Source: Patescibacteria group bacterium
GTDB lineage: Bacteria; Patescibacteriota; Patescibacteriia; UBA10025; JAHIVO01
Assembly (NCBI GenBank): GCA_049325535.1
Contig: JBMOKY010000001.1
Span: 157,002 to 221,001, forward strand
DNA length: 64,000 nt
Direction of reading: 5' to 3'
Below the pieces are notes generated by a model. That model saw nothing but the letters and a program-made list of their open reading frames with translations. It did no database searches and was not told where the DNA came from. Position numbers and translations under genes: made by a program. Below are positions 1 to 10,799 of this stretch, piece after piece (within the stretch, counting starts at the first letter, position 1; every line of letters starts with the position of its first letter).

Positions 1-1
1 C

Positions 2-3000
2 TGGGAGGGGTCAAATGAATTTGGATTCCAGCTCCGGCAGTACGACCTGAAACGGTCCAATCAGAATAGCGGCCCGTGTACCAATATCGGCGCGGAAAAC
101 GATCCGGTGATTCAGGCGCAGCTCGGCTCGAATTGGCCGACCTGTCTGGACGGCGGATCAGTCGACCGTGACGGCGACGGTGCGGATGATGAATTCTACA
201 CTCCGGCTACCTGTGATCCGGCCGACGTCGGCGTCAATCCCGACTGTACTGAATTTTATGACGTGAGCGGCAATACCTACTATCTGCTGCGTTCGCGGGT
301 GATCTACGCCGACAGCAACTGTAAATCATACCGCAATACCGTCGATGGCGCGGACATGGTGTATCATATGGTACCGGGTGCCGGAATCAGCTGCCAGGCG
401 CAGTACGCCGGATGCCGCGCGTATAAAGGCAATGCCGGAGACAATGTCCGGCAGATCTACGTGGAGAATTTCGAAACTGGATCAATCGGCGCATGGACCG
501 GCAGCGGCAGCATCAGTACCGAGGCGACGAGCGCCGGCGGGCACTCCATGGCGGTGGCAAACAGCGTACAGATCACGGACGCCGGTTCGCGGCTCGGCTT
601 CCGTTCCGGTAATCAGTATTCCATTTCCTTCTGGGCGAAATCAGCCGTGTCATCGAGCACCACCGTGGCAGTCAGCCTAAATACCGCTCCCGCCATCACC
701 TTTACCGGGTCGGCGGTGGCCGCGGCGGGTCAGTGGAACCGATACACGCTTGGGCCGGTCTTTATCCCGACGGGAGTGGATCCATCGAGTGCTGCGTTGC
801 TTCTCTATAGCAATAACGCTTTTTATGTAGATAATATTGAAATCTCCGAAGTCGCGGAAAATATTTACCGCGTCAAAGATTCATATACCGAGTGCTCCGG
901 GTATGAGGGCTGCGATCTGTACACCGACCGTGACGGCAATCAGAATTATCTCAAATCATTCTCCCGTCTGTGCAGCGAGGATAAGGTCGGTTGTGAAGCT
1001 ATGTTCCATACACACAATTCCACATCACCGGAGGTCAGCTACTTCAATCGAGAGCGCTACCTACTCGGGGACGTGGATAATGACGGCCGCCTGACCAGCC
1101 GTGATGTCAGCCTGCTCAATGCCCGAATAAGTGGCACCGGAACATATGAAACTTTTACCGCCTACACCGTCGGTGACATGAATCGCGATAACGCCGTCAA
1201 TGCGACTGACGTCAGTCTGCTGCAGAACTACGTGAATACCGGCACGGCACCGGCTGAGCCGTACATATTTTATCAGGGTGATGGTATTCCGCGGGATGGC
1301 CTGGTGTTTGTGGTCAACGATCCGGCAAAATCATGCAGCGCGGCCGACAAAGGATGCTCCCGATTCGGGGCGCCGACCGTGAACGCGGACGGCAATGTCA
1401 CCGCGTACAGCGACATTTATCTGATCAACGATCCCGACCGTTACGCCGACAATCTGTGCGTCTTCAGCGAAAACATGTGTGAAGCCTACACGGCTGGTAA
1501 TGGGTCACAGTATTATTTCAAGGATCCGGGACAGAAGCTGTGCCAATTCAAGCGCGTCACCGGCCAGGACGTATCCGGCTGGTACAAACAGGGTACTGAC
1601 CAGGGCGCGCCGGACTGTCCGGTATCTATCGGCATCTGTACCGGCGGTGGAGACAATGACGGCGCGCTGTGCAACGAATCCAGCGACTGTGACAGCGATT
1701 TTTGCAATGCCAATCCGAACGTAGTATCGCAGCCGGCAGACGGCTGGGTAGGCAGCTGCCCAGCGGGCGCATCCGGATGTACTGAATACCGCGATCCAGA
1801 GCAGGTGCAATCCGGTAGTGAAATCGTGTCTCGCAATTACGCTCAGAACAATGGATTTGAAATATTTACCGACGGTTCCGGACCAGAAACCGACGGTCTG
1901 ATCAATACTCCCCTGCCGGATCTTTTTGACCGCTGGTCAAATGACTGGACGACGGCCGGTGTCTGTACCGGCAATGCCAATATCACCTGCAATACCGACC
2001 GCAACTGTTCAGTGGCCGGCGCCGGCACGTGCAATACTACCAGTCGCGCGGCCTGCGGTTTGCGCCTCTTGGCCACTGATGATTCGCACACCGGCGCGGC
2101 TGCCGCGGTGGGCGGGGTATTTGACGCCTGCGGCAAAAGCGTGGATACCACGTATCCGTACTACTCATGTATCGATGGCACTGGTGCTACGGTAGACGGG
2201 CTAGGAGCGGAGATTCCGAATTCCGGTGGCCGTCATGGCTGCATGAACGACAGCGAGTGTCCGGCTACGGCCTACTGTCAGGGTGATCCGGCGTACTACA
2301 GCTGGTATCGGGTGGATACGGATACCATCACGGACAATCGGGCGTTTTCCGTGTCATTTTACGCTAAACTGGATCCAAATGACCCGACATGCAATCCGAC
2401 GGGAGGCAATGATGACGTGTATTTTGGTCTGGTTCGTACGATAGATAATCGTCCGTGGCCCGACCAGCAGGTGGAGTATCGACCTGGTTTCACGTTCAAC
2501 GCGACCAGCGACTGGCAGCGGTTTGAAGGGGTGACGACGTTTGGTTCGACCGACCCTGATGACTGGTACAATACCACCGGTCCGGCGCAGGAACTACAAA
2601 ACCGATTTCAGCTGGTATTCCGGCAGGGTGCTATCGGCTCTGGGCCGGGCACTGAACAGTGCAATATTATATTTGATAGCTTCACCATCGCCGAGACCCT
2701 GGATACGCTGAACTATGTACCCTATTACTATATCAAGGATACGGTGGATACGAAGAGCTGCAATGGCCTGGTGGATCGCAATGAAGGCTGTCGGCTTTTC
2801 AATGACACGTCCCAGTCCAGCCTGACGTATGCCTCCACGCTTTCGGCTGATGGCGAGGCGCCGGTCGGGTGCAGCACGCCCGTCGAGTGCGATTCAAATA
2901 CCGTGGTGAAAGTGACCAAAGACCGCGAGTGCAAACGGTGGCTGGCCTGCGAGACGTCGGTGCAGCAGGAGGATGCCGAGGGTAATATCGAGGAGCTGTG

Positions 3001-6000
3001 TCTGTCGCGGTACGTCTGCGAAGAATTGGACCCCAATACCGGCCAGTGCACGAAAGTCGGCGAATACGAGAGCGTCAATCAGACGTATAACACGCCGACA
3101 TTTGCCAATGTCATAAAAAATTATACCGGTCTTTCGTTGGTTGGTTTGAACTGGGATCGTCGCTGCCAAAATGATCCAAATATCAGCTGTCGCAGTAATG
3201 CCGATTGTGATGGTGGTCTGTGCAGCGACGCGCAAATATATGAAGGCCGCTTGCCTGTGGCCGCCATGCAGGAACTGGGCGCCATCAGCATCCAGGGGGA
3301 ACTGGTAAAAAATGGCGATATGGGCGATAGCGACTATGCTCTGAATCAAAAATTATCATGTCCGCTGTCAGCCGCATCCGGGAGTGGTACCTGTCCGGAT
3401 ACGGGAAATGAAGGCGCCCGGGAAATCCCGCTCGGGTATCTGAATCCAAACTGGATGGCGCGGAACTGGGACGGCGGCATCACCAATATCACCTGGGCCG
3501 AAGAAGACGTCAGTAATGACGGTGCTGTTCCGTCGGCAAATGCTAATCTGGACGAAAATAACGTGGCGCGGGTACGGACCGGTGGTGACGTCGGCGGCGG
3601 CAGCGCTAACTGGAATGGTGTGTCCTACAATCTCGGGCTCGGCGCCCAGCGATCGGAGAGCTACTACGCGTCATTCCGGCTGCGCTGGTCCACGCCACCG
3701 TCGGAATATGACACGGTCCGGGTGCAATTCGCCTATCTGAATACCGGAGGTAGCGAAGTGGAATGGCTGACGCTGGGAGAGATGGCCCCGACGGAAACCT
3801 GGAAGGAATACGTACTCGGTCCGGCCGTCGTCGGCGAGACCAATAGCGGCGCTGGCGTCGATTTTGCCTCAATCCGGCTGCAGTTTGTTCATCACTACAA
3901 TGGTCCGAGCACCGTTCCGGCCGCGGAATTTTACCTGGATGACGTGTCGCTGAAGCCGGTGCTGGAAACCAAGGAGCAGGAGCAGGAACTGCTGGCTCGC
4001 GATTGCCGGCTGTACCCGAATTCCGATTCGCCGTACTGCACCTATATCGACGAAAATAACACGACGTTCAAAGGTTGGGAGGGGTATTGTATCCAGCGTG
4101 ATCCCCGGTACCAGAAATACTGCCTGCAGTGGTGGCCGGTCGATTTGCTCAAAGGCGAGTCAAATGTCTTTAGCTCGCTGAAAGTGACCGGGTACTCTGG
4201 TCGCCGGCCGCTCTACATGTGTCTGCAGTCGGATGGTCAATACAATCGGCCAAAAGATGTCCGCGGGGTCATCGCCACTACGTTTATCGATCGGGCGGTT
4301 AATCATTATTCGAATGAATCGAGTCACGATTGTGTGTCGGGCGACATGCGCGTATCGCCAATACGTAATCTCGATTTCCGCTATCGTGCGCCGATGTCCA
4401 CTGCTATCGCCTCCCAGGAGGGTGGCACCAGCGAGTGCGATGAGGCTGGAGCGATGGCCGGCACCGTGGCCAATTCGAGTATCCATACCAAGACGGGCAT
4501 TGCCGGTACCTGTGATGCCGGAGATGGTGATTCATGTGGGATTTACAATGGCACATTCGATGCAGCTGTCGGCGATCAATACTATAAATGGCAGGTGCAG
4601 GAGATAAATTTCGTGGTCCAGCGGTATTCCCATGATGACTGGGGGTATAATTGCACGACTCTGACTGATGACGGGTATTCGATGATGATACTCAACGAGA
4701 GCAACGGCTGGCATGCCACCTGGTCATGCTCTGGGAATGTGCTGGAAGTCAGGGTTAATTGGAGCGCCGCCAATCAACTACAATCGTATTATGTGCGCGC
4801 CAGCGACGGTAATAATGGTGGTGGTGTCTGGGCGCAGGGTATATTTCATCTGAATGAAATCTGCACACAGCTCGCCTCGGTAGTGTCATTTGATGAGGAT
4901 CACGTCTGGTTCGAGCGCACTGATTCCAGTTCACCCTATCTGCTGCCTGACCTCCTCTATACCTATCATCAGCACACTACGCCTTTTGGCGGCATCGTCC
5001 AGCCCACGCCGGCATACTCCACGCCGGAGAGCTGGCGCTGGGACAGTGGTCTGGGGACCGGACCGCTCCTGGTGCAGAATCAGGCGGATGATACGCTGGC
5101 CCACGGCGGATCGCCGTATAGCTGCGCTGGGGGACTCTGTCGCGGTCGAATGTGCAATTGGAATATCGATAATCCCTGCGCCACACGCGTGCAGCAGCAG
5201 GAGTGCCTACTGGGAGCGAATCCAGATCCAAACAATGGCGATGAGGGGTATTGCATCGGTTTGGGGCAGGGTTTCTGTACGGCCAATGCTGAGATATATT
5301 GCTCCGCGGATGCTGACTGCTTGGTCGGGGCAAATGATTTTGGCCCATGTCAGCTCGGCGGCGGTGGCGCGGCTGGATTGACGACGACTGACCAGGCCAT
5401 CGACCATGTACAACGGCTCTTTGCCCGACCGGTATCAAACGGCGGGAATGTCGCCTGGACATGGGACAATGCCACCGGCCGGTATGGTGCTACCAATGCG
5501 CTTTTGAGCGGATGGATCACTGAATATAATGCTATGCCCGCCTGCCCGTACAATGCGGTCAAAGGATCGGCCGACCGGGCACTCGCTTCATTTCCGGCTG
5601 ATTACTGTGGCGTGCCGCCTACGGTCAGTAATGTATTGTGCGGCGCTGGCGGCAATCCGAGTCAGGGTGGCTGCAGCAATGTCAGCGCCGGACAGGTGAT
5701 TCAGTTGACATTCAATGTCAATGCCGATCCGAACCAAAAACCGGTCAAACTCATTGAGGTTGATTTTGACGGCGACGGGGTGCCGGATTATTCCACGGTG
5801 GGCAGCTATGATTCTGGAAATGTGTATGTGACGCACGAGTACACCACCGGCGGTAATTATTCACCGCGCATCCGCATCGTCGATAACTGGGGCTGGTGTG
5901 GAGTGATTAAGGACGCGGGGTCGAGCTGTCCCACCGGCGACTGCCGCGATACGAGCATCGACGGGTCAGCGTGCGCGTGGATCGGTACCGGTTTGTCCAT

Positions 6001-6016
6001 CAATGTATCTCCTTAA
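2..6016 (+). CDS. Giant secreted Cys-rich multidomain protein, 5'-partial (>2000 aa). It carries CBM4/9-like beta-sandwich modules and a dockerin type-I-like double Ca-binding repeat
   Basis: Frame 2 is open from nt 2; there is no stop upstream of the GTG at 107 that the ORF track uses. Stop is TAA at 6014-6016. Dockerin-like motif DVDNDGRLTSRDVSLL...DMNRDNAVNATDVSLL lies at nt ~1070-1246. Two CBM_4_9-like segments end in FYVDNIEISEV and FYLDDVSLKPV. Cys is abundant. Confidence 0.8.
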   Translation, partial: WEGSNEFGFQLRQYDLKRSNQNSGPCTNIGAENDPVIQAQLGSNWPTCLDGGSVDRDGDGADDEFYTPATCDPADVGVNPDCTEFYDVSGNTYYLLRSRVIYADSNCKSYRNTVDGADMVYHMVPGAGISCQAQYAGCRAYKGNAGDNVRQIYVENFETGSIGAWTGSGSISTEATSAGGHSMAVANSVQITDAGSRLGFRSGNQYSISFWAKSAVSSSTTVAVSLNTAPAITFTGSAVAAAGQWNRYTLGPVFIPTGVDPSSAALLLYSNNAFYVDNIEISEVAENIYRVKDSYTECSGYEGCDLYTDRDGNQNYLKSFSRLCSEDKVGCEAMFHTHNSTSPEVSYFNRERYLLGDVDNDGRLTSRDVSLLNARISGTGTYETFTAYTVGDMNRDNAVNATDVSLLQNYVNTGTAPAEPYIFYQGDGIPRDGLVFVVNDPAKSCSAADKGCSRFGAPTVNADGNVTAYSDIYLINDPDRYADNLCVFSENMCEAYTAGNGSQYYFKDPGQKLCQFKRVTGQDVSGWYKQGTDQGAPDCPVSIGICTGGGDNDGALCNESSDCDSDFCNANPNVVSQPADGWVGSCPAGASGCTEYRDPEQVQSGSEIVSRNYAQNNGFEIFTDGSGPETDGLINTPLPDLFDRWSNDWTTAGVCTGNANITCNTDRNCSVAGAGTCNTTSRAACGLRLLATDDSHTGAAAAVGGVFDACGKSVDTTYPYYSCIDGTGATVDGLGAEIPNSGGRHGCMNDSECPATAYCQGDPAYYSWYRVDTDTITDNRAFSVSFYAKLDPNDPTCNPTGGNDDVYFGLVRTIDNRPWPDQQVEYRPGFTFNATSDWQRFEGVTTFGSTDPDDWYNTTGPAQELQNRFQLVFRQGAIGSGPGTEQCNIIFDSFTIAETLDTLNYVPYYYIKDTVDTKSCNGLVDRNEGCRLFNDTSQSSLTYASTLSADGEAPVGCSTPVECDSNTVVKVTKDRECKRWLACETSVQQEDAEGNIEELCLSRYVCEELDPNTGQCTKVGEYESVNQTYNTPTFANVIKNYTGLSLVGLNWDRRCQNDPNISCRSNADCDGGLCSDAQIYEGRLPVAAMQELGAISIQGELVKNGDMGDSDYALNQKLSCPLSAASGSGTCPDTGNEGAREIPLGYLNPNWMARNWDGGITNITWAEEDVSNDGAVPSANANLDENNVARVRTGGDVGGGSANWNGVSYNLGLGAQRSESYYASFRLRWSTPPSEYDTVRVQFAYLNTGGSEVEWLTLGEMAPTETWKEYVLGPAVVGETNSGAGVDFASIRLQFVHHYNGPSTVPAAEFYLDDVSLKPVLETKEQEQELLARDCRLYPNSDSPYCTYIDENNTTFKGWEGYCIQRDPRYQKYCLQWWPVDLLKGESNVFSSLKVTGYSGRRPLYMCLQSDGQYNRPKDVRGVIATTFIDRAVNHYSNESSHDCVSGDMRVSPIRNLDFRYRAPMSTAIASQEGGTSECDEAGAMAGTVANSSIHTKTGIAGTCDAGDGDSCGIYNGTFDAAVGDQYYKWQVQEINFVVQRYSHDDWGYNCTTLTDDGYSMMILNESNGWHATWSCSGNVLEVRVNWSAANQLQSYYVRASDGNNGGGVWAQGIFHLNEICTQLASVVSFDEDHVWFERTDSSSPYLLPDLLYTYHQHTTPFGGIVQPTPAYSTPESWRWDSGLGTGPLLVQNQADDTLAHGGSPYSCAGGLCRGRMCNWNIDNPCATRVQQQECLLGANPDPNNGDEGYCIGLGQGFCTANAEIYCSADADCLVGANDFGPCQLGGGGAAGLTTTDQAIDHVQRLFARPVSNGGNVAWTWDNATGRYGATNALLSGWITEYNAMPACPYNAVKGSADRALASFPADYCGVPPTVSNVLCGAGGNPSQGGCSNVSAGQVIQLTFNVNADPNQKPVKLIEVDFDGDGVPDYSTVGSYDSGNVYVTHEYTTGGNYSPRIRIVDNWGWCGVIKDAGSSCPTGDCRDTSIDGSACAWIGTGLSINVSP

Positions 6017-9000
6017 TCAGGTGAAGACGTCTTCCATGTTTTACGGGTTGCGACAACGTGTATACTCATTATTTTCTACCAGACCGCGCCGGCGCGTCTG
6101 GCTGGGTATTGGCGTGGTGGTGATGTGCGTGGTGGTGGGCACTCTTGGCATCACTACGCTGGTGGAGGCACAGACAAATACAAATACAAATAGTACCGGA
6201 ACCAGCATCACGGATATCGCGGTGGGTGCCCTGGCCCGTGGTATTTCCAATATACTCATCTGGGTGGCTTCCCTACTGGGGAAACTGCTGGTGGTCATCA
6301 TCGACATATTTATCGATATCGCCCAGTACAATGAATTTTCCACATCGCCGGTGATCGAGCGCGGCTGGACCGTGGTTCGGGATGTGGCCAATATGTTTTT
6401 TGTGCTGGTGCTCTTAGTCATCGCATTTGGCACCATCCTGAAAATAGAATCCTATCGCTACCAGCGTCTGCTGCCAAAACTGGTGATCATGGCGGTGCTG
6501 ATCAATTTTTCTAAACTAATTGCCGGTTTTTTCATAGATTTTTCGCAGGTGGTGATGCTTACATTCGTCAATGCGTTTGCCGATACGGCTGCTCAGAATT
6601 TCACTTCGGTGCTGAAGCTCAGGGAGATGCTGGAATTTTTTAAGACGAACAATGGCCAGCCGCTCCAAACGGTGTCCAATGCTGAGCTGATCGGCGCGCC
6701 GCTTTTAGCGGTTTTTCTCTTGATCATAGCCATCATGGTGATGGTGGTGATGTTGGTGATGATTACCATCCGCCTGATCGCGCTGTGGATACTGGTCGTA
6801 CTGTCGCCATTGGCCTATCTGGCAGCCACCATGCCCATGACCTCGAAATACAGCAGCCAGTGGTGGAGCACGTTTGGCAAATGGGTCACTACCGGTCCGA
6901 TTCTCGGCTTTTTCCTGTGGCTGTCACTGGCGGTGATGACCTCAAATCCCGACTTGATTGGCTCGACCGTTCAAACCGATACGACCATCATTCAGGATTC
7001 ACAGATCAGCGCGTCCATCACCGAGGTGTCCAATTCAAAAAATATGCTCGGGTTCATGCTGGGGATTTCCATGCTGGCCATATCACTGGCCGTGGCGTCC
7101 AGCCTGGGGGGGACGGCTGGCCGCATCGCCGGGCAGTTTTCCGACCGGGTGAAAAAGATGGGGTCACGCACCTTGCGCATCGCCGGAGCGCCGGCCATCG
7201 GCGTGGGCAAAGCCGCCCAATACGGCATCCAGTCCGGCCAGCGTTTCCTCGGCCGGAAGATGCGTGAGAGTGACAGCCGACTGCTCAACATGATGACCCC
7301 GGAATACTGGAAAGGCTGGCAAAAACGCGGTGAACGACTGGGCGAAGAGGCGAAAACTAAAGTGGCCGGACGGGGCGAATATTTCGCCGAACGGTTTTTC
7401 AAAGGCAAGGACGCGGCCATGGATCGCGAGGAAATGGCCGACCGGCAGGTGATCGTATCGCTGCAGGCTGATTTCAATAAAGAAATGGGTGCGGCTGGTG
7501 ATTCGCGGCAGGCCATGATGGACGTTGCCCGTCGCGTGTTCAATACCGGCGGCCATGAGGGTGAAAATCTGCAGCAGGCCTTTCTGGAACTAGCCGCCCG
7601 CAAAGGAAATCTCGATGACGTGTATGAGGGTTTTGCCAGCATGTACAAATCGGACAATACCATGCGCCAGCGGATCAATGACCGGTTTGTCAAAAACGGG
7701 TACAAAACCAGCGAAGTGGAGCAGATGTTTGAAACCCAGGATTCAAACGCATACCGCATGTTTGCTTCGACATTCCTCGGCGTTGATCGTAAATTCGTGG
7801 AGGGTGAAAGGGATGACAAGGGCAATATCATAAAAACGTCCCGCGAGGTGGCCATGGAAAACAAAGGTGACCGGGCTTCTCAGCGAAAATTGCGCGCGCT
7901 GGCTGGACTGTCCGAGACGGTCAAAGGCGTGGGGCACTGGGAGCAGTATATGGCGACCAAAGATACGTCCGATGGTTTTTATTATTTGATGGATGAGCGG
8001 GAACGACGGGATGAAATCAAAGGTGAGGCAAAAAAAATGGGCGCTCGGGATTTCCTACGCACGGTGGCGCCGCACGTCATCCTGCCCCGGGCGTGGGTGG
8101 CTCAGCGCGATGAAAATGGGAAATTGATTGAAGATGAGAAACATGGTGATTATCTCGAGGAAGATAAGAAAAAATTCCTGACCAATGCCGATGGCAGCTA
8201 CCGGCGCGATGCCAATGGCGAATATATGGTACAGGACGAGGCCACTGGTCGGGAGGTAGCCGTTTCAGAGGCCGTGGACGAGAATGGAGAGCGCCGATTC
8301 AAGAAATACCAGCACGCCTTCCAGGCCAGCCCGATGGGTCCCGCAGAAGACAGTGCTGAATTTGAAATGTTCCGTGACCTTTTCGGCGGCCAGCATATCG
8401 CTGAAATGCGGCAGATGCAGTCGCGTATCGCCGATCAGATTATCGGTAAATATTTTGACAGCCTCGGGAACTATATCGCTACCGAAGAAGAAGCCGTCCG
8501 CCGCGGATTTAAGGAGACATTTAAGACAGACCCGAATACAGGCGAAGTGATCACGGACGAGAAAACTGGCAAACCAGTGGTGGAGGTATCAGCCCGGCGT
8601 AACGCGATCAATGATTTCAAGCGATTGTACGAAACCAATCCGGCCATTGTCCGCGGTTTGTATAATCTGAAATACGGAAATAAAGCTGACTCCAAACCAG
8701 CCGGCGGATATCCGTGGGAGGCGGGATATGTGGACCGGATCCAGCCTGAGGAGATTGATCGGCACCGAAAAGTGCTGGCCCAACATATCAATTATTCCGG
8801 GATTCTGGAAGTCGCCCGCGGATCAGATGTCAATCTGGGCGATCCTGCGAATATAAAAAACGTAGCCGACATCCGCAATACTCTGCAAAATACCGATTAT
8901 GCCGGACAAAAGGGCCTGATTTCCCGGGAGCGGGTTTTCCAGATGATGCGAGATATGGATCGGGCGACCAAATGGGATCCAGACCGGGCGAAACCGGGCA

Positions 9001-10787
9001 AGGAGTCCCTGGTCGAAGATCTGCGGGACCAGCTGAAAGAGAAAGAGGCGGAATTAGCTACGGCGAAGAATTCTGAAGAGCGGGCGGAGATCAAAAGTAA
9101 AATTTCCGGATTGCACCGGCAGATCAAGCAGAATACCGGTTACTATTGGGAGGATGTTACCTTGCCAAATGGCGATCCTGATCCAGATCGGCAATATACT
9201 ACCTATGCGCTGGAAGCTGAAGCGATCATCCAGAAAGACGTGGAAGCCAGCTTGTCAAAAGTATTGGCGGAAAAGGTGGGCAAATTGAAGCTGGGAAATG
9301 GCAAAACCATCCTGGATACTGAACTGGCGGCGGGTGAGGCCGCGGCTGAGGAGCGGATACGGGCGGAGAATATTACTGATTCTGGTCGGCGCAAAGAGGT
9401 CAAGGAAGAAGAACAAAAGAAAGCTACCGAGCGGGCAAACAGTAAGATAAAGGATATGGTCAAAGGGATGATGCAGGTAGGCGCTGAGGATGTCGTGCGG
9501 TCACGGTATTTGACTGACGAAGAGCTGGATCAGCAGGCTGAGCGGGAAAAGGTGATGAAAAAGCGAGCGACTGCCGCCCGGACCGAGAAAGTCGAGCCGG
9601 CGCAGGGCCCGATCATCACGCCGAGCAAACCCGTGCCAGTGCCCGAGCAGGCGGTACAGATCCTACAGAGAGGACTGGATACATTCCGCAAGATGGCCAC
9701 GGACGAGTCGGGTCAGATGTCTGATTCTGATACGGAAATGGCTCGGGATATGGAACAGCAGATTGAGGCACTGCGAAACGGCAGCCAAAAAGAAATTGCC
9801 GGGGTACTCGAAAGCCTAGATGATTATATTGAGCATTTACAATGGAGTATCAACGCCTACCCCGACCTTTACTCTGACCCCAATTCTGAGGATGGAATGC
9901 AGATAAGATCAACCTTGCGTGATTTTGAAAAAGCGCGGGACAGCGTTGCGGTTTCATTGGCTTCGGCACGTTCAACTGGTCTGGATGATGAGGCCATCAG
10001 GAAATTGAGCGATGAATTGGTTGATCTGTTGCGGACGCAGCATCAGCAGCAGGATCAAGAGCGACAGTCGGGTCGGGGCGCAGTGCCAGCGGCGGAAAAG
10101 GAGGAAGTGGCACGTAATATCAATCAGATTATGGCGGAGCTCGGTGAACACGTCACCTCCCAGCGCGACAGCATGATCCAGCGGCTGCAATCAGCGGGTA
10201 CCGAAGCTGAGAAGGAGGCCATCCGCCAGCAGATAGATGAATTGAATGCGATGCTGGTCAATCCGCAGATGCAGGCCCAAGCGCAGATACCGACCGCCGA
10301 AGGGCTGAACAATCCTTCGTTTGATTTCGGACTGAAAAATATGGAGAAATTTACCGGTGAACTGAAGAAAACACTGGAGGAAACTACGGATTCACTGAAA
10401 GAATTCCCCAAACTTGCCGCTGACGTGAGCAAGACGCTAAATGAATTTTCCCAGTCGCTCGGGCGTGCCAGTAAAGATCTGACCGGCAATAGCAAGACCA
10501 CCATGGAAAACCTGAATAAGTCAGTGGAAGGCATGCGTAACCAATCATCGCAGTGGGCCGTCGGGTCGCGTACCGCCAGTCCGGCTGAGCAGCAGCAGTT
10601 CCTCTGGAGCATCGTTCAGCTGACTAAGGCTCTGAAAGACCAACAGCGTACTGCCACGACTACTGCCGCCAAAGCCGAAGCGGAAAAGTCAAACCGTCGG
10701 GAACCGGAGCAACCCGGGACAGCATCCGCGACAGACCGGAGGAATCCTCGTCAGCCAAAATCAGACGGCAACCCTGACATTTCCTAA
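6003..10787 (+). CDS. VirB6/TrbL-like polytopic membrane protein with a ~1200-aa charged coiled-coil C-terminal extension (T4SS inner-membrane channel candidate)
   Basis: Cleavable-looking N-terminus followed by 6-7 hydrophobic helices (IWVASLLGKLLVVIIDIFIDI, FFVLVLLVIAFGTI, LVIMAVLINFSKLIAGFFIDF, LLAVFLLIIAIMVMVVMLVMITIRLIALWILVVL, ILGFFLWLSLAVM, MLGFMLGISMLAISLAVA). Then a long Lys/Glu/Arg-rich heptad-like region. The alternative start ATG at 6036 (MFYGL) avoids overlap with the upstream gene. Confidence 0.6.
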   Translation: MYLLNQVKTSSMFYGLRQRVYSLFSTRPRRRVWLGIGVVVMCVVVGTLGITTLVEAQTNTNTNSTGTSITDIAVGALARGISNILIWVASLLGKLLVVIIDIFIDIAQYNEFSTSPVIERGWTVVRDVANMFFVLVLLVIAFGTILKIESYRYQRLLPKLVIMAVLINFSKLIAGFFIDFSQVVMLTFVNAFADTAAQNFTSVLKLREMLEFFKTNNGQPLQTVSNAELIGAPLLAVFLLIIAIMVMVVMLVMITIRLIALWILVVLSPLAYLAATMPMTSKYSSQWWSTFGKWVTTGPILGFFLWLSLAVMTSNPDLIGSTVQTDTTIIQDSQISASITEVSNSKNMLGFMLGISMLAISLAVASSLGGTAGRIAGQFSDRVKKMGSRTLRIAGAPAIGVGKAAQYGIQSGQRFLGRKMRESDSRLLNMMTPEYWKGWQKRGERLGEEAKTKVAGRGEYFAERFFKGKDAAMDREEMADRQVIVSLQADFNKEMGAAGDSRQAMMDVARRVFNTGGHEGENLQQAFLELAARKGNLDDVYEGFASMYKSDNTMRQRINDRFVKNGYKTSEVEQMFETQDSNAYRMFASTFLGVDRKFVEGERDDKGNIIKTSREVAMENKGDRASQRKLRALAGLSETVKGVGHWEQYMATKDTSDGFYYLMDERERRDEIKGEAKKMGARDFLRTVAPHVILPRAWVAQRDENGKLIEDEKHGDYLEEDKKKFLTNADGSYRRDANGEYMVQDEATGREVAVSEAVDENGERRFKKYQHAFQASPMGPAEDSAEFEMFRDLFGGQHIAEMRQMQSRIADQIIGKYFDSLGNYIATEEEAVRRGFKETFKTDPNTGEVITDEKTGKPVVEVSARRNAINDFKRLYETNPAIVRGLYNLKYGNKADSKPAGGYPWEAGYVDRIQPEEIDRHRKVLAQHINYSGILEVARGSDVNLGDPANIKNVADIRNTLQNTDYAGQKGLISRERVFQMMRDMDRATKWDPDRAKPGKESLVEDLRDQLKEKEAELATAKNSEERAEIKSKISGLHRQIKQNTGYYWEDVTLPNGDPDPDRQYTTYALEAEAIIQKDVEASLSKVLAEKVGKLKLGNGKTILDTELAAGEAAAEERIRAENITDSGRRKEVKEEEQKKATERANSKIKDMVKGMMQVGAEDVVRSRYLTDEELDQQAEREKVMKKRATAARTEKVEPAQGPIITPSKPVPVPEQAVQILQRGLDTFRKMATDESGQMSDSDTEMARDMEQQIEALRNGSQKEIAGVLESLDDYIEHLQWSINAYPDLYSDPNSEDGMQIRSTLRDFEKARDSVAVSLASARSTGLDDEAIRKLSDELVDLLRTQHQQQDQERQSGRGAVPAAEKEEVARNINQIMAELGEHVTSQRDSMIQRLQSAGTEAEKEAIRQQIDELNAMLVNPQMQAQAQIPTAEGLNNPSFDFGLKNMEKFTGELKKTLEETTDSLKEFPKLAADVSKTLNEFSQSLGRASKDLTGNSKTTMENLNKSVEGMRNQSSQWAVGSRTASPAEQQQFLWSIVQLTKALKDQQRTATTTAAKAEAEKSNRREPEQPGTASATDRRNPRQPKSDGNPDIS

Positions 10788-10799
10788 TCATACTGATGC

